A stretch of 64,000 bases of DNA. Origin: an uncultured bacterium (GTDB taxonomy: Bacteria; Verrucomicrobiota; Kiritimatiellia; RFP12; UBA1067). This document shows, piece by piece, positions 46,686 through 55,595 of the stretch. Within the stretch, counting starts at the first letter, position 1. The number at the start of each line of letters is the position of its first letter. Below the pieces are notes generated by a model, which ran no database searches, was not told the origin of the DNA, and saw nothing but the letters and a program-made list of their open reading frames with translations. The stretch is from the NCBI GenBank assembly GCA_902770045.1, contig CACXRO010000014.1, positions 27,516-91,515 on the forward strand, read 5' to 3'. The position numbers and the translations under genes are program-made.

Positions 46686-47540
46686 TCACCTCGGCTCGTT
46701 CTCGGTCCCGAACCACATCGGCCGCTCCTGCGGCGCCAGCCCCTTGCGCGCGAGGAAGCGCTCGAGCTTCCGGTAGAGCCGGAAGGCGGAGCGGTTGACC
46801 ATCGTCTCGAACGCGTTCCGCCCGTGCCAGCGCGCGCGGTCCTGCCGCCGCCAGCCCTCGTCGTAGCGGCGCTTCTCCTCCTCGCTGCGCGGGTCCGGCG
46901 CGGAGTAGTTCGCCTTGAGGAACGCGAGGATCTGGGAGTTGTCGATCTCGTGGTGGACGCCGCCGTCGTCCAGGTACTTGCGGTATTCGCAGCCGACGAC
47001 CGTGATTCCGTCGCGCTCCGACTCCACCACCGCGGCGCTTGCGCCCTCGGCGACGTGGAAGTAGAGGAGGTCGAACCTGACGCCGGGGAAGCGGGTCTCG
47101 AAGACGCGCTTAGTCTCGGCCAGCGTCTCGTCCCGGAGCCGCCCCAGAAGCGGCCACTCCACGCAGACGGCGAGCGCGGTCCTGGCTGACTCGAGACACT
47201 CGCGGAAGCGCTCGGCGCGGCGCTCGTACTTAGCCTTGACCTCGGCGTAGGCGTCGTCCGGCGACTTGAAGAGCGAGAAGTCGTGGACGAAGCCGAAGCC
47301 GGTCCTGCGGTTGAAGTAGACGCGGCGGTTGATGCCGCTGTGCCGGACGTCCGTAAGCTCGAGGTCCTCGCGGTCGAGCCAGTGCGCGAAGTCGGACGCC
47401 GCCATCCGCGCCGCCTTCGGGAAGCTCGGCGTCGCGGTCCAGTCGAACGGCAGCGAGGCGAACTGCAGGTTCGCGGCGCGGAGCGCCTGGGTGACGCCGC
47501 AGGAGAAGCCGCAGCCGAAGCAGAAGTCGTAGTTCTTCAT
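46686..47540 (-). CDS. DUF1796-like protein (putative papain-like peptidase fold)
   Basis: The true start is MKNYDFCFGCGFSCGVTQALRAANLQFASLPFDW (ATG 47540, ATGA overlap with the upstream gene). Confidence 0.4.
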   Translation of the reverse strand: MKNYDFCFGCGFSCGVTQALRAANLQFASLPFDWTATPSFPKAARMAASDFAHWLDREDLELTDVRHSGINRRVYFNRRTGFGFVHDFSLFKSPDDAYAEVKAKYERRAERFRECLESARTALAVCVEWPLLGRLRDETLAETKRVFETRFPGVRFDLLYFHVAEGASAAVVESERDGITVVGCEYRKYLDDGGVHHEIDNSQILAFLKANYSAPDPRSEEEKRRYDEGWRRQDRARWHGRNAFETMVNRSAFRLYRKLERFLARKGLAPQERPMWFGTENEPR

Positions 47541-48325
47541 TTCTCCCAGAGCTCCTTCACCCACGGGCACGGCCGCGTCCAGCCGTCAATGTGCTTCGAG
47601 CCGCGGAAGCCGTCGATCGCCTGCTGCGGCGTGGGCGTGCCGTGGAAGCAGAGGATGCGGGTGTCCTTCTTCATCCTGGGGACGAGGAAGTGGTTGAGCG
47701 GCCAGGGCCAGGTGCAGCTGCGCTTGAAGGACCTGACGAAGTTGTCCGGCCAGAAGTTCACCTTGTCGAAGCCGACGGCGTGGGTCATGTACTCCTGCTC
47801 GGTGCCGTAGACCTCGGGGTCCATCGCCACGTCTGCCTCGGAGCGGAAGGTGTCGTAGATGTAGCGGCAGCCCTCGCCGGCGTCGAAGCGGAAGCAGCTG
47901 GAGTTGCCGCAGAAAGGCACCTTGCGGAAGAGCCGCTTCCTGAGCGCCACCCAGTTGTGGATGATGCAGAACTTCCCGGGCAGGTAGTTGAAGAAGCAGT
48001 CGAGCGGGCCGGTGACTATCTGGTCGATGTCGAGGAAGAGCGTCGGCCCCACGAGGCCGGCGAACCCGGGCTCGAAGACGAGCAGCTTCACGTAGATGCC
48101 CGGCCACCCGGGGTAGCGGGCGTTGGGGTGGAACCAGTCCGGCTTCTCGGGGAACGCCACCGCGTCCACGCCCTCGGCGAGCCCCGCGGGGTCGTCGGTC
48201 ACGCAGACGAAGCGGAACGGGCGCGAAAGGTGCGCCTTCACCCCGCGGTAGAGACGGTTGACATACTCCGAGGAGTACAGCGTACCCCACTTCAGCGTAA
48301 GTATGTTGACCCTGTTCTCTTTCAT
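47537..48325 (-). CDS. putative nucleotide-sugar-dependent glycosyltransferase-like protein
   Basis: The start is MKENRVNILTLKWG (ATG 48325). ...TLFLDIDQIV is DxD-like. I recognise no firm family. Confidence 0.3.
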   Translation of the reverse strand: MKENRVNILTLKWGTLYSSEYVNRLYRGVKAHLSRPFRFVCVTDDPAGLAEGVDAVAFPEKPDWFHPNARYPGWPGIYVKLLVFEPGFAGLVGPTLFLDIDQIVTGPLDCFFNYLPGKFCIIHNWVALRKRLFRKVPFCGNSSCFRFDAGEGCRYIYDTFRSEADVAMDPEVYGTEQEYMTHAVGFDKVNFWPDNFVRSFKRSCTWPWPLNHFLVPRMKKDTRILCFHGTPTPQQAIDGFRGSKHIDGWTRPCPWVKELWEK

Positions 48326-48383
48326 GCGTGAATTCAACCTTGTTTTGCCAACGCCGCCCGCACAGCCCGGAGAGACGGCGCGC

Positions 48384-49391
48384 CTACAGCGACGCGCGGT
48401 CGCAGAGGGCCGACACGAGCAGCGCCTTGATCGTGTGCATGCGGTTCTCGGACTCGTCGAAGACCTTTGAGTACTTCGACTCGAACACCTCGTCGGTCAC
48501 CTCCAGCGCGCCGCACTCCTTCGTCACCTCGGTCTCGAAGTCGTGGAAGGCCGGCAGGCAGTGGAGGAACATGAGCCGCCCGTCGAGGTTGCCCGTGGCG
48601 CGCATGAGGTCCATGTTGATCTGGTAGGGCCGGAGCAGCTTGATGCGCTCGGCCGTCTTCGCCTCCTCGCCCATCGACACCCAGACGTCGGTGTAGAGGA
48701 CGTTCGCGCCCTTCACGCCCTTGGCGGGGTCGTCGAAGACGCGGATGTCCACGCCGTTGCGCTTCGCCACCTCCTCGGCCTCGGCGAGCACCTTCTCGTC
48801 CGGCCTCAGCTCGCTCGGGCAGCAGCAGACGTACCTCACGCCGCACTTGGCGCAGCCCATCATCAGCGAGTTGGCGACGTTGTTGCGGCCGTCGCCGACG
48901 TAGGCGACGCAGGTGTTGGCGTCCAGGGAGCCGAAGGTCTCGCGCACGGTGAGGAGGTCCGCGAATATCTGGGTCGGGTGGTAGTCGTCGGTAAGTCCGT
49001 TCCAGACCGGGACGCCGGAGTACTTCGCCAGCGCCTCGCAGTCCGCCTGGCGGAAGCCGCGGAAGAGGATGCCGTCGTAGATGCGCCCGAGGACGCGCGC
49101 GGTGTCCTTGACCGACTCCTTCTTGCCGAAGTGGATGTCGGGACGGGTCAGGTACTCGCCGTTGCCTCCCTCGTCCCGCACCGCGATCAGGGTGGAGTTG
49201 CGCGTCCGCGTGGAGCTCTTCTCGAAGATGAGCGCGATGTTGCGGCGCCGCAGCAGGTCGCCGCGCACGCCGGCGGCGCGCCGGGCCTTGAGCTGGGCGG
49301 CGAGGTCGATGAGGTTGACCATTTCCTCGTCGGTGAACGAGGCGAGGCGGAGCATCGAGCGCCCCTTGAGCGAGTCCATCCAGGTAAGCAT
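48384..49391 (-). CDS. ornithine carbamoyltransferase (argF/arcB type)
   Basis: STRTR, HPTQ and HCLPA motifs are present. Confidence 0.85.
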   Translation of the reverse strand: MLTWMDSLKGRSMLRLASFTDEEMVNLIDLAAQLKARRAAGVRGDLLRRRNIALIFEKSSTRTRNSTLIAVRDEGGNGEYLTRPDIHFGKKESVKDTARVLGRIYDGILFRGFRQADCEALAKYSGVPVWNGLTDDYHPTQIFADLLTVRETFGSLDANTCVAYVGDGRNNVANSLMMGCAKCGVRYVCCCPSELRPDEKVLAEAEEVAKRNGVDIRVFDDPAKGVKGANVLYTDVWVSMGEEAKTAERIKLLRPYQINMDLMRATGNLDGRLMFLHCLPAFHDFETEVTKECGALEVTDEVFESKYSKVFDESENRMHTIKALLVSALCDRASL

Positions 49392-49392
49392 G

Positions 49393-50307
49393 TCAGTAGA
49401 CCTTGATGTAGGTTTCGGCGCGGAGGCGCTCGATCCAGTCGCGGTATGCCTTCAGCGCGACGGCCTGGCGCACATTCTCCTCCACGTCGGCATACGCCTC
49501 GGCGAAGGTGCGGGCGCGGCCGGGGGTCTCGGCGTCCTTGCGCAGGAGGAAGCTCCAGCCGTCCAGCTCGATCCAGTGGCTGATGGTGCCCTTGGGCATC
49601 TTGGCGATCTCGTCGCAGATCTCCTTCTTGAAGACGTCGGCGGGGGTGACGTCCTTCCACACCCCGCCTTCCGCGGCGTGGCTGTCGGCGCTGTACCTGC
49701 GGGCGACGTCGGCGAAGGAGTTGGTGGCGATCGCGGCGGACACCTCGTCGCGCCTGTCGGCGTCCTCGGGCTTGAGCAGGATCACCGACACCGTGACCTT
49801 GGGCGGGGTGGAGTACTTCTCGGGGTGGGCGTTGAACTCCTCGCGCATCGCGGCGGGGCTGGCGGTGGCGTTCTTGTCCACCACGTTCCAGCGCATCGCC
49901 TGGATAATCATGTCCTCGCGCATCCGCGCGTGCCACTCCGGGTAGGACACCTTCTGCTTCGCGAGCGACTCCATGAGCTTGTTGCGGTCGCCGCCGAAGG
50001 CGCGGTCGACGATGTCGCGGATGCGGTTCTCGACGATCCAGTCCTGCATCGACATCTTCGCCTCGGACGCGGCGCGGAGGATCAGCTTGCGGTCGATCAT
50101 CCCCGCGCGCACCTCGTCGTAGCTGGAGGCCGGCGCGCGCAGGCGCTGCATCTCCATCGCCACGTCGCTCTTGAGGATCGTCTCCGTGCCGACCCGGGCG
50201 GCGATGCCGTCCACCTCCACCGCGCCGGCCGCGAGCGCGAGCGCGCCCGCGAGCGCGGACAGGGCGAACGACGCCGTCTTCATGGCTTCCACCGGTTTCC
50301 TCCGCAT
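49393..50307 (-). CDS. SurA/PpiD-like periplasmic chaperone with a parvulin PPIase domain
   Basis: The start is ATG 50307 (MRRKPVEAMKTASF...) or ATG 50283 (MKTASFALSALAGALALAAGA). The track ORF to 51213 is an extension. Confidence 0.6.
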   Translation of the reverse strand: MRRKPVEAMKTASFALSALAGALALAAGAVEVDGIAARVGTETILKSDVAMEMQRLRAPASSYDEVRAGMIDRKLILRAASEAKMSMQDWIVENRIRDIVDRAFGGDRNKLMESLAKQKVSYPEWHARMREDMIIQAMRWNVVDKNATASPAAMREEFNAHPEKYSTPPKVTVSVILLKPEDADRRDEVSAAIATNSFADVARRYSADSHAAEGGVWKDVTPADVFKKEICDEIAKMPKGTISHWIELDGWSFLLRKDAETPGRARTFAEAYADVEENVRQAVALKAYRDWIERLRAETYIKVY

Positions 50308-51587
50308 CAGAGCATCGCGGCGATGCCGGCGCCGACCATCGGCGCGTCGTCGACCTGCGGGGTGATCTCGTAGTGGATGTTGCGGCGCTTGACGAGCATG
50401 TCGTCGAGCTCCTTCACCACGGTCTGGGCGAACGGAATCGCCTTGGTCTTGTAGTAGGTGGACCCGTCGATGTTGATCGCGACCGGGGCGGAGGCGTCGG
50501 CCCCCTCGCCGGACTTGATCACGAACGCCGCGAGCTGCACCGCGGTGAGCACCGCCGCGCGCTCGAAGACCGGCAGCGTCAGCCGGCGGGCCATCTTCGC
50601 CTCGTCGGCGTCGGCGAAGACGCAGAAGAGCGGGTTCGGCCGCGTGTCGCGGAAGTTGGCGCAGAACTCGCTCAGGTCGCGCGTCTCGAGCGAGCCGAGG
50701 CCGGCGACGGCGTTGGCGGCCTTGGGCAGGAAGCCCTCCTTCGCCGCGGCCTTGAGGATCTCGAGCCCGACGCCGCCGAGGTAGGCGCCGGCGATCATCT
50801 TCTCGTAGAGGCCGTGGCCGGGGTTGCCGGTCTTGGCGTCCGCCGCGAGGTCGAACTTCGAGCGCGGCGCCTTGTCGAACGCGCCCGACTCGGCGTTGAT
50901 TATCATCGAGCCGCCGGCGGGCAGGCCGGGGAGCTTGGTGATGTTCTCGTTCTTCTCGACGTAGGCCGTGTTGGTGCCGGTGCCGAGGATGAAGCCGATG
51001 TAGGAGGAGTAGGTCTTGTCGCCCTCGGTCGCCTTGGCGGCGAGCAGGGTGGCGACCGTGTCGTTGACGACGGCGATGGACTTGCCGCCGGTGCGCTTGA
51101 GGAGCTCCGCGCCGACGTTCTGGCCGACGATCTCCGGCGCGTCCACGTTCTTCGTCCAGCGCAGCAGCTTCGCGTCCAGGTCTGGCGTGGACTCGGCCGG
51201 ATAGGAGAAGCACCAGCCGACCTTCTCGACCGTCGCCTTGCCGTCGAGGCGCTTGATCTCCTTCGCAAAGGCGTCGTAGAACTCGGCCTCGCCGACACGG
51301 CCGTGGGTGCCGGGCATCGGCTGGTTCTGCTTCTCCTCCACCTTCGGCGGGATGGTCACGACGCCGCCGCGGAAGTTGGTGCCGCCGGCGTCGAGCACGA
51401 TCGCCTTCGACCCCTGCGGGATGCGGCCGTCGACGCCGACGTAGGCCGGGATCATCAGCAGGGACGACTTCTCGCCCTTAAGGCCCTTCTCCATCTCCGA
51501 GAGGAGCGAGGCGGTGAGCGCCTGGCGGTCCAGCTCGGCCGCCGTCACGAAGCCGTTGTCGGCGAGAAACTCTTCGGGTGTCTTCAT
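50307..51587 (-). CDS. hexokinase-family (eukaryote-type) sugar kinase
   Basis: AIVLDAGGTNFRGG matches the hexokinase LDLGGTNFR signature. The size of 426 aa fits. AGGAGG precedes the ATG. Confidence 0.7.
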   Translation of the reverse strand: MKTPEEFLADNGFVTAAELDRQALTASLLSEMEKGLKGEKSSLLMIPAYVGVDGRIPQGSKAIVLDAGGTNFRGGVVTIPPKVEEKQNQPMPGTHGRVGEAEFYDAFAKEIKRLDGKATVEKVGWCFSYPAESTPDLDAKLLRWTKNVDAPEIVGQNVGAELLKRTGGKSIAVVNDTVATLLAAKATEGDKTYSSYIGFILGTGTNTAYVEKNENITKLPGLPAGGSMIINAESGAFDKAPRSKFDLAADAKTGNPGHGLYEKMIAGAYLGGVGLEILKAAAKEGFLPKAANAVAGLGSLETRDLSEFCANFRDTRPNPLFCVFADADEAKMARRLTLPVFERAAVLTAVQLAAFVIKSGEGADASAPVAINIDGSTYYKTKAIPFAQTVVKELDDMLVKRRNIHYEITPQVDDAPMVGAGIAAML

Positions 51588-51612
51588 TTGGAATCCTCCT
51601 TTGTTTTCGGGA

Positions 51613-51621
51613 ATTATACCA
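51613..51621 (-). promoter_or_regulatory. extended -10 TGGTATAAT upstream of the hexokinase gene (25-nt leader with AGGAGG)
   Basis: Minus strand reads ggtatttTGGTATAATtcccg. Confidence 0.55.
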
Positions 51622-51653
51622 AAATACCTCTGTCCAAGGCAACAGCGTCCGGA

Positions 51654-52685
51654 TCAGGCGCCAGCCTTGATGAGCACGGCGAGGCCGGCCACGAAGAGGA
51701 CGAACATCGCGAGGTTGAGGTACGCCGACTTCTTCGGCGCGCCCGCGAACTCCCTCCAGACCAGGATGCCCCAGAGCGCCGAGACGAGCGTCGCGCCCTG
51801 GCCGAGGGCGTAGGCGATCGCCGGCGAGGCCGCGCCCGCGGTGACGAACGAGAGGAGCGTGCCGAGTCCCCAGATGGTGCCGCCGAGCATGCCCACGAGG
51901 TGCGTCGCCGGCGAACCGGCGAAATAGCGCCTGATTCCGTCGCGGATCGGCTCGCCCTGCACCGGATGGCGCATCGCGATGGTGTTCCAGAGGAAGTTCG
52001 AGACGAAGATGCCGGCCGCGAAGACGAAGAACGCGGTGTAGGCGGTCATCTTGCCCGCCGCCGGCGCCGGGTTCGCGAAGGCGTTGTCGATCACCTTGTT
52101 GACGAGCGGCGAGAACCACATCATCAGAAGGCCGGCGACGGCCGCGAGCGCCAGGCCGCGGGCGGTCTTTGACGACTGGCCGCCATCCGCGGCGCCGGAC
52201 GACTTCGCCTTGAACGCCATCGCGTTGCAGACGATGGAGACGACGATGAGCGCCAGGCCCGCGACGATGAGCCCGAGCGGCTTGCCCGCCGGGTTGAAGT
52301 AGTAGTTGAACACCGTGCCGCCAACGAGCGCGAGGCCCACGCCGACCGGGAACGCGACCGACATCCCCGCCACCGCGATCGACGCCGAGAGGAGGATGTT
52401 CGAGAGGTTGAAGACGATGCCCGCCGCGAGCGGCCAGAGCCACGCGGGGCCGAAACTCGACTTCAGATTGGCGACGAAGCCCCATTCCGGATGCTCGCCG
52501 ATGCTGCCGAGCGTGAGCCCGGCGACTAGCGCGAAGATGAGCAGGCCGATCACGTAGTCCCAGTAGAAGAGCTCGTACCTCCAGCTTTTGCCCACCAGCT
52601 TCTGGGTGTTGCCCCAGCTGCCCCAGCAGAACATGCAGACGACGCAGAGCGCCACCGCGAACGTGTAGTCGGATACGTAGAACAT
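51654..52685 (-). CDS. DMT-superfamily sugar transporter (GRP/RhaT-like, 10 TM)
   Basis: The true start is MFYVSDYTFAVALCVVCMFCWGSWGNTQKL (ATG 52685). The track ORF to 53450 is an extension. Confidence 0.55.
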   Translation of the reverse strand: MFYVSDYTFAVALCVVCMFCWGSWGNTQKLVGKSWRYELFYWDYVIGLLIFALVAGLTLGSIGEHPEWGFVANLKSSFGPAWLWPLAAGIVFNLSNILLSASIAVAGMSVAFPVGVGLALVGGTVFNYYFNPAGKPLGLIVAGLALIVVSIVCNAMAFKAKSSGAADGGQSSKTARGLALAAVAGLLMMWFSPLVNKVIDNAFANPAPAAGKMTAYTAFFVFAAGIFVSNFLWNTIAMRHPVQGEPIRDGIRRYFAGSPATHLVGMLGGTIWGLGTLLSFVTAGAASPAIAYALGQGATLVSALWGILVWREFAGAPKKSAYLNLAMFVLFVAGLAVLIKAGA

Positions 52686-52720
52686 TTTCAGGTCCTTTCT
52701 TGTTGTTGTTTCTTTTGAAG

Positions 52721-53620
52721 CTACTTCACCTCGCGACGGCGCGGCACCGAGCTCTGGGCACCGGGCCGGGTCACGGAAATCGCCGACGCCTTCTGGGCGA
52801 AGGCAATCGCGTCCCGGCACGACTTCCCCTCCGCGAGCGCCACCACGAACGCGCCGTTGAAGGTGTCGCCGGCGGCGACGCAGTCCACGGCCTTCACCTT
52901 CTTCGCGGGATAGAGCCGCCGGCAGTTGCCGCAGTAGACGCCCTTCGCGCCCATGGTGATCGCGACGTTCTTCACGCCCTTGCGCTTCAGCGCGTCGACC
53001 GCGAGCTGCGCGCTCTTCGCGTCCTTCACCTTCACCCCGGTGAGCAGCTCCGCCTCGGTCTCGTTCGGGGTGATCCAGTCGATGAGCGGATAGAGCTCCT
53101 TCGGGAGCTTCGCCGCCGGCGCCGGGTTGAGCACCACCATCACGCCGGCCGCCTTCGCCGCCTTCGCCGCGGCGAGCACGGTGGGAATGGGCGTCTCGAG
53201 CTGCATCAGGAGCGCGGCCGCGCCCTTGAGGTCCTTCAGCCGCGGCTTCACGTCCGCCGGCGACAAGGTGCCGTTCGCGCCCAGCGCCACCGAAATCACG
53301 TTCTGCCCCTTCGCGTCGACCAGGATGAGCGCGGTGCCGCTCGGGTTCTTCCGGTCCACGACGAGCCGCGCGTCGATGCCCTCGGCGCGGAAGCGCGCAG
53401 CCGCGTCGCGCCCGAAGAGGTCGTCGCCGACCTTGGCGACGAAGACGCACTCGCCGCGCTTCGCCGCCAGCCTCGCCACCGCGACGGCCTGGTTGGCGCC
53501 CTTGCCGCCCGGGTTCATCATGAACTTGCCGCCGCTGATGGTCTCGCCCGGCGCCGGCAGCTTCCGGTCGGCGATCACCATGTCGGTGTTGGTCGAGCCA
53601 AGCACGAATATCTTCTTCAC
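52721..53620 (-). CDS. rbsK: ribokinase
   Basis: GTG 53620 is preceded by AGGAGG. The sequence reads (M)KKIFVLGSTNTDMV...GGKGANQAVA...DCVAAGDTFNGA. The track ORF to 54385 is an extension. Confidence 0.8.
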   Translation of the reverse strand: MKKIFVLGSTNTDMVIADRKLPAPGETISGGKFMMNPGGKGANQAVAVARLAAKRGECVFVAKVGDDLFGRDAAARFRAEGIDARLVVDRKNPSGTALILVDAKGQNVISVALGANGTLSPADVKPRLKDLKGAAALLMQLETPIPTVLAAAKAAKAAGVMVVLNPAPAAKLPKELYPLIDWITPNETEAELLTGVKVKDAKSAQLAVDALKRKGVKNVAITMGAKGVYCGNCRRLYPAKKVKAVDCVAAGDTFNGAFVVALAEGKSCRDAIAFAQKASAISVTRPGAQSSVPRRREVK

Positions 53621-54651
53621 TTTCCGAACCTCCTTACGATTTCCTCGTATTCCGCGGCCTGAGCCTCCATGGACTCCACCATCTTCAGCTGGGTGCGGCA
53701 CCGGACGAGGTTGTGGTCGTCGTAGGCGGTGTGGAAATAGGTGTCGCCGGCGAGGTAGTCGGTGAGGAAGCGGATGCCGATCGTAAGCGTGATCAGCCGG
53801 CCGGAGAACGCCAGGTTCTCCCGCTCCGCCTCGGTGAGAAACTTCGCCTTCGGCAGGTAGCCGGCGACGAGCGCCTCGAAGTACTCCTTCTTCGAGTACA
53901 CCTTGGAGAGGTCCTTCTCGTCCTCCGCCGCCGCGGCGGACGAGGTGCGCACCATGTCGCCGAAGTCGTACAGCGCCGAGCCGGGCATGGTGGTGTCGAG
54001 GTCGATGACGACCGTCGAGCCGTCCGGCGCCATCATCACGTTGTTGATCTTGGTGTCGTTGTGGGTGATGCGCTCGGGGATCTCGCCCGCGGCCATCATC
54101 TTCACGATCTTCGCCGCCTCGCCGCGGCGCGCGTCGATGAACGCAAGCTCCTTCGCGACCGAGGCGCGGCGCCCCTTCACGTCCGCGGCGGCGGCTTCGT
54201 CCAGGAGCCGCAGGCGGTCCACGGTGTCGTGGAAACGCGGGATCACCGCCTTGAGCGGCGGCGCGGGCAGGTCGGCGAGGTCGTTCTGGAACGACGCGAA
54301 CGCGCCGGCCGCGATTGCCGCGTCCTTGGGGTCGGTGATGAGGTCGACCGAGGCGTAGCCCTCGAGGAAGCGGTAGACCCGCCACGGGTTCTCGTAGCCG
54401 ACGACCTCGAGCGTCTTCACGCCCTTGGCCTTCAGGTGGGCGGTCACGCGCAGGATGTTCTCCTTGAGGACGTCCTTGTCGAAGATGTCGGTGACGCGCT
54501 GGAGGATGTACCGCGTCCCGCCGGCGGTCTCGACCTTGAAGGTGTCGTTGATGTGCCCCGAGCCGTAGCGCGAGACGTCGGTAGCGTCGTTGATGCCGAA
54601 GCCGGCGAGCGCCGACCTGAGCTCCTCCTGCGAGTACTGCCTGTTGGACAT
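53617..54651 (-). CDS. APH-fold sugar 1-kinase, N-acetylhexosamine 1-kinase (NahK)-like
   Basis: GSGHINDTF, ITHNDTKINNVMM, IDLDTTMPGSALYDFGD, EDEKDLSKV and HNLVRCRTQLKMVESME closely parallel Bifidobacterium NahK as I remember it. The start is ambiguous (ATG 54651, 54672 or 54702). Confidence 0.65.
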   Translation of the reverse strand: MSNRQYSQEELRSALAGFGINDATDVSRYGSGHINDTFKVETAGGTRYILQRVTDIFDKDVLKENILRVTAHLKAKGVKTLEVVGYENPWRVYRFLEGYASVDLITDPKDAAIAAGAFASFQNDLADLPAPPLKAVIPRFHDTVDRLRLLDEAAAADVKGRRASVAKELAFIDARRGEAAKIVKMMAAGEIPERITHNDTKINNVMMAPDGSTVVIDLDTTMPGSALYDFGDMVRTSSAAAAEDEKDLSKVYSKKEYFEALVAGYLPKAKFLTEAERENLAFSGRLITLTIGIRFLTDYLAGDTYFHTAYDDHNLVRCRTQLKMVESMEAQAAEYEEIVRRFGK

Positions 54652-54758
54652 GTCGAGTTGTTCCTTTCCCATCTCAGCCAGATGGTCGGCTTCGGCGGTC
54701 ATCTGGCGCTTGTTCAGTGTAGTCTATCATACTCCCCCAGCCGGGTCAATAGAGGTAG

Positions 54759-55589
54759 TCACACCCCCATGGCGCCGAGATACCAGTTGACGATCTCCGG
54801 GCCGAAGAACATCCACACCAGGCACGCGCCGCAGATGTACGGCCCGTAGGGGATCTCGAGGAAGCGCCCGAACTTGGTCTTCGCGAGCGCGACAAGCGTA
54901 AGCCCCGCCACCGAGCCGAGGACGGACGATACGATGAGCGTGAAGAGAACCGCCACCGGGCCGAACAGCGCCCCGACCGCGCCCATCAGGAAAACGTCGC
55001 CCATCCCCATCGCCTCGCGCTTGAACGCCTTGGTGCCGACTGTGCGGATGAACAACAGCAACCCGAAGCCGAAGACAAGGCCGGATACCGACCATGCAAG
55101 CGGCATGCATCCGGCGAAGCCTGCGCCGTAGACCATGTTCACCGCAGACTTGGCGACGGCATAGACGAGCCCGAGCGCCATGCCGCCTACGGTCACGAAG
55201 TCGGGGAGGAGCTTGTGGTCGAAGTCGATCACCGAGCCGACCAGCATCAGCGAGACCCAGATCCAGAGGAGCACCACCGCCGAGACCACCGGCAGGAACT
55301 TCCACGCCACGGCGAGGAAGAGGAGTCCGCCAATCGTCTCCACGATGATGTAGCGCGGCGAAATCGGCGCGCGGCAGCTGGCGCACTTGCCGCGCAGGGC
55401 GAGCCAGGAGAGGATGGGGACATTCTGCCACCACCTGATCGGAGCGTTGCACTTCGGGCAGTGCGACGGCGGGCGGACGATCGACTCGCCGCGCGGAACG
55501 CGCCAGGCGACGACGTTCAGGAACGAGGCGATCGAGGCGCCCAGCCCGAAGGCGAAGACGCAGAGGATCGTCTTAAGCTCGGAGTCCAT
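54759..55589 (-). CDS. pilD: prepilin peptidase (A24 family)
   Basis: Zn-knuckle-like CPKC...CASC is present, followed by multiple TM segments and ...MGMGDVFLMGAVGA. Confidence 0.8.
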   Translation of the reverse strand: MDSELKTILCVFAFGLGASIASFLNVVAWRVPRGESIVRPPSHCPKCNAPIRWWQNVPILSWLALRGKCASCRAPISPRYIIVETIGGLLFLAVAWKFLPVVSAVVLLWIWVSLMLVGSVIDFDHKLLPDFVTVGGMALGLVYAVAKSAVNMVYGAGFAGCMPLAWSVSGLVFGFGLLLFIRTVGTKAFKREAMGMGDVFLMGAVGALFGPVAVLFTLIVSSVLGSVAGLTLVALAKTKFGRFLEIPYGPYICGACLVWMFFGPEIVNWYLGAMGV

Positions 55590-55595
55590 CGCCGC

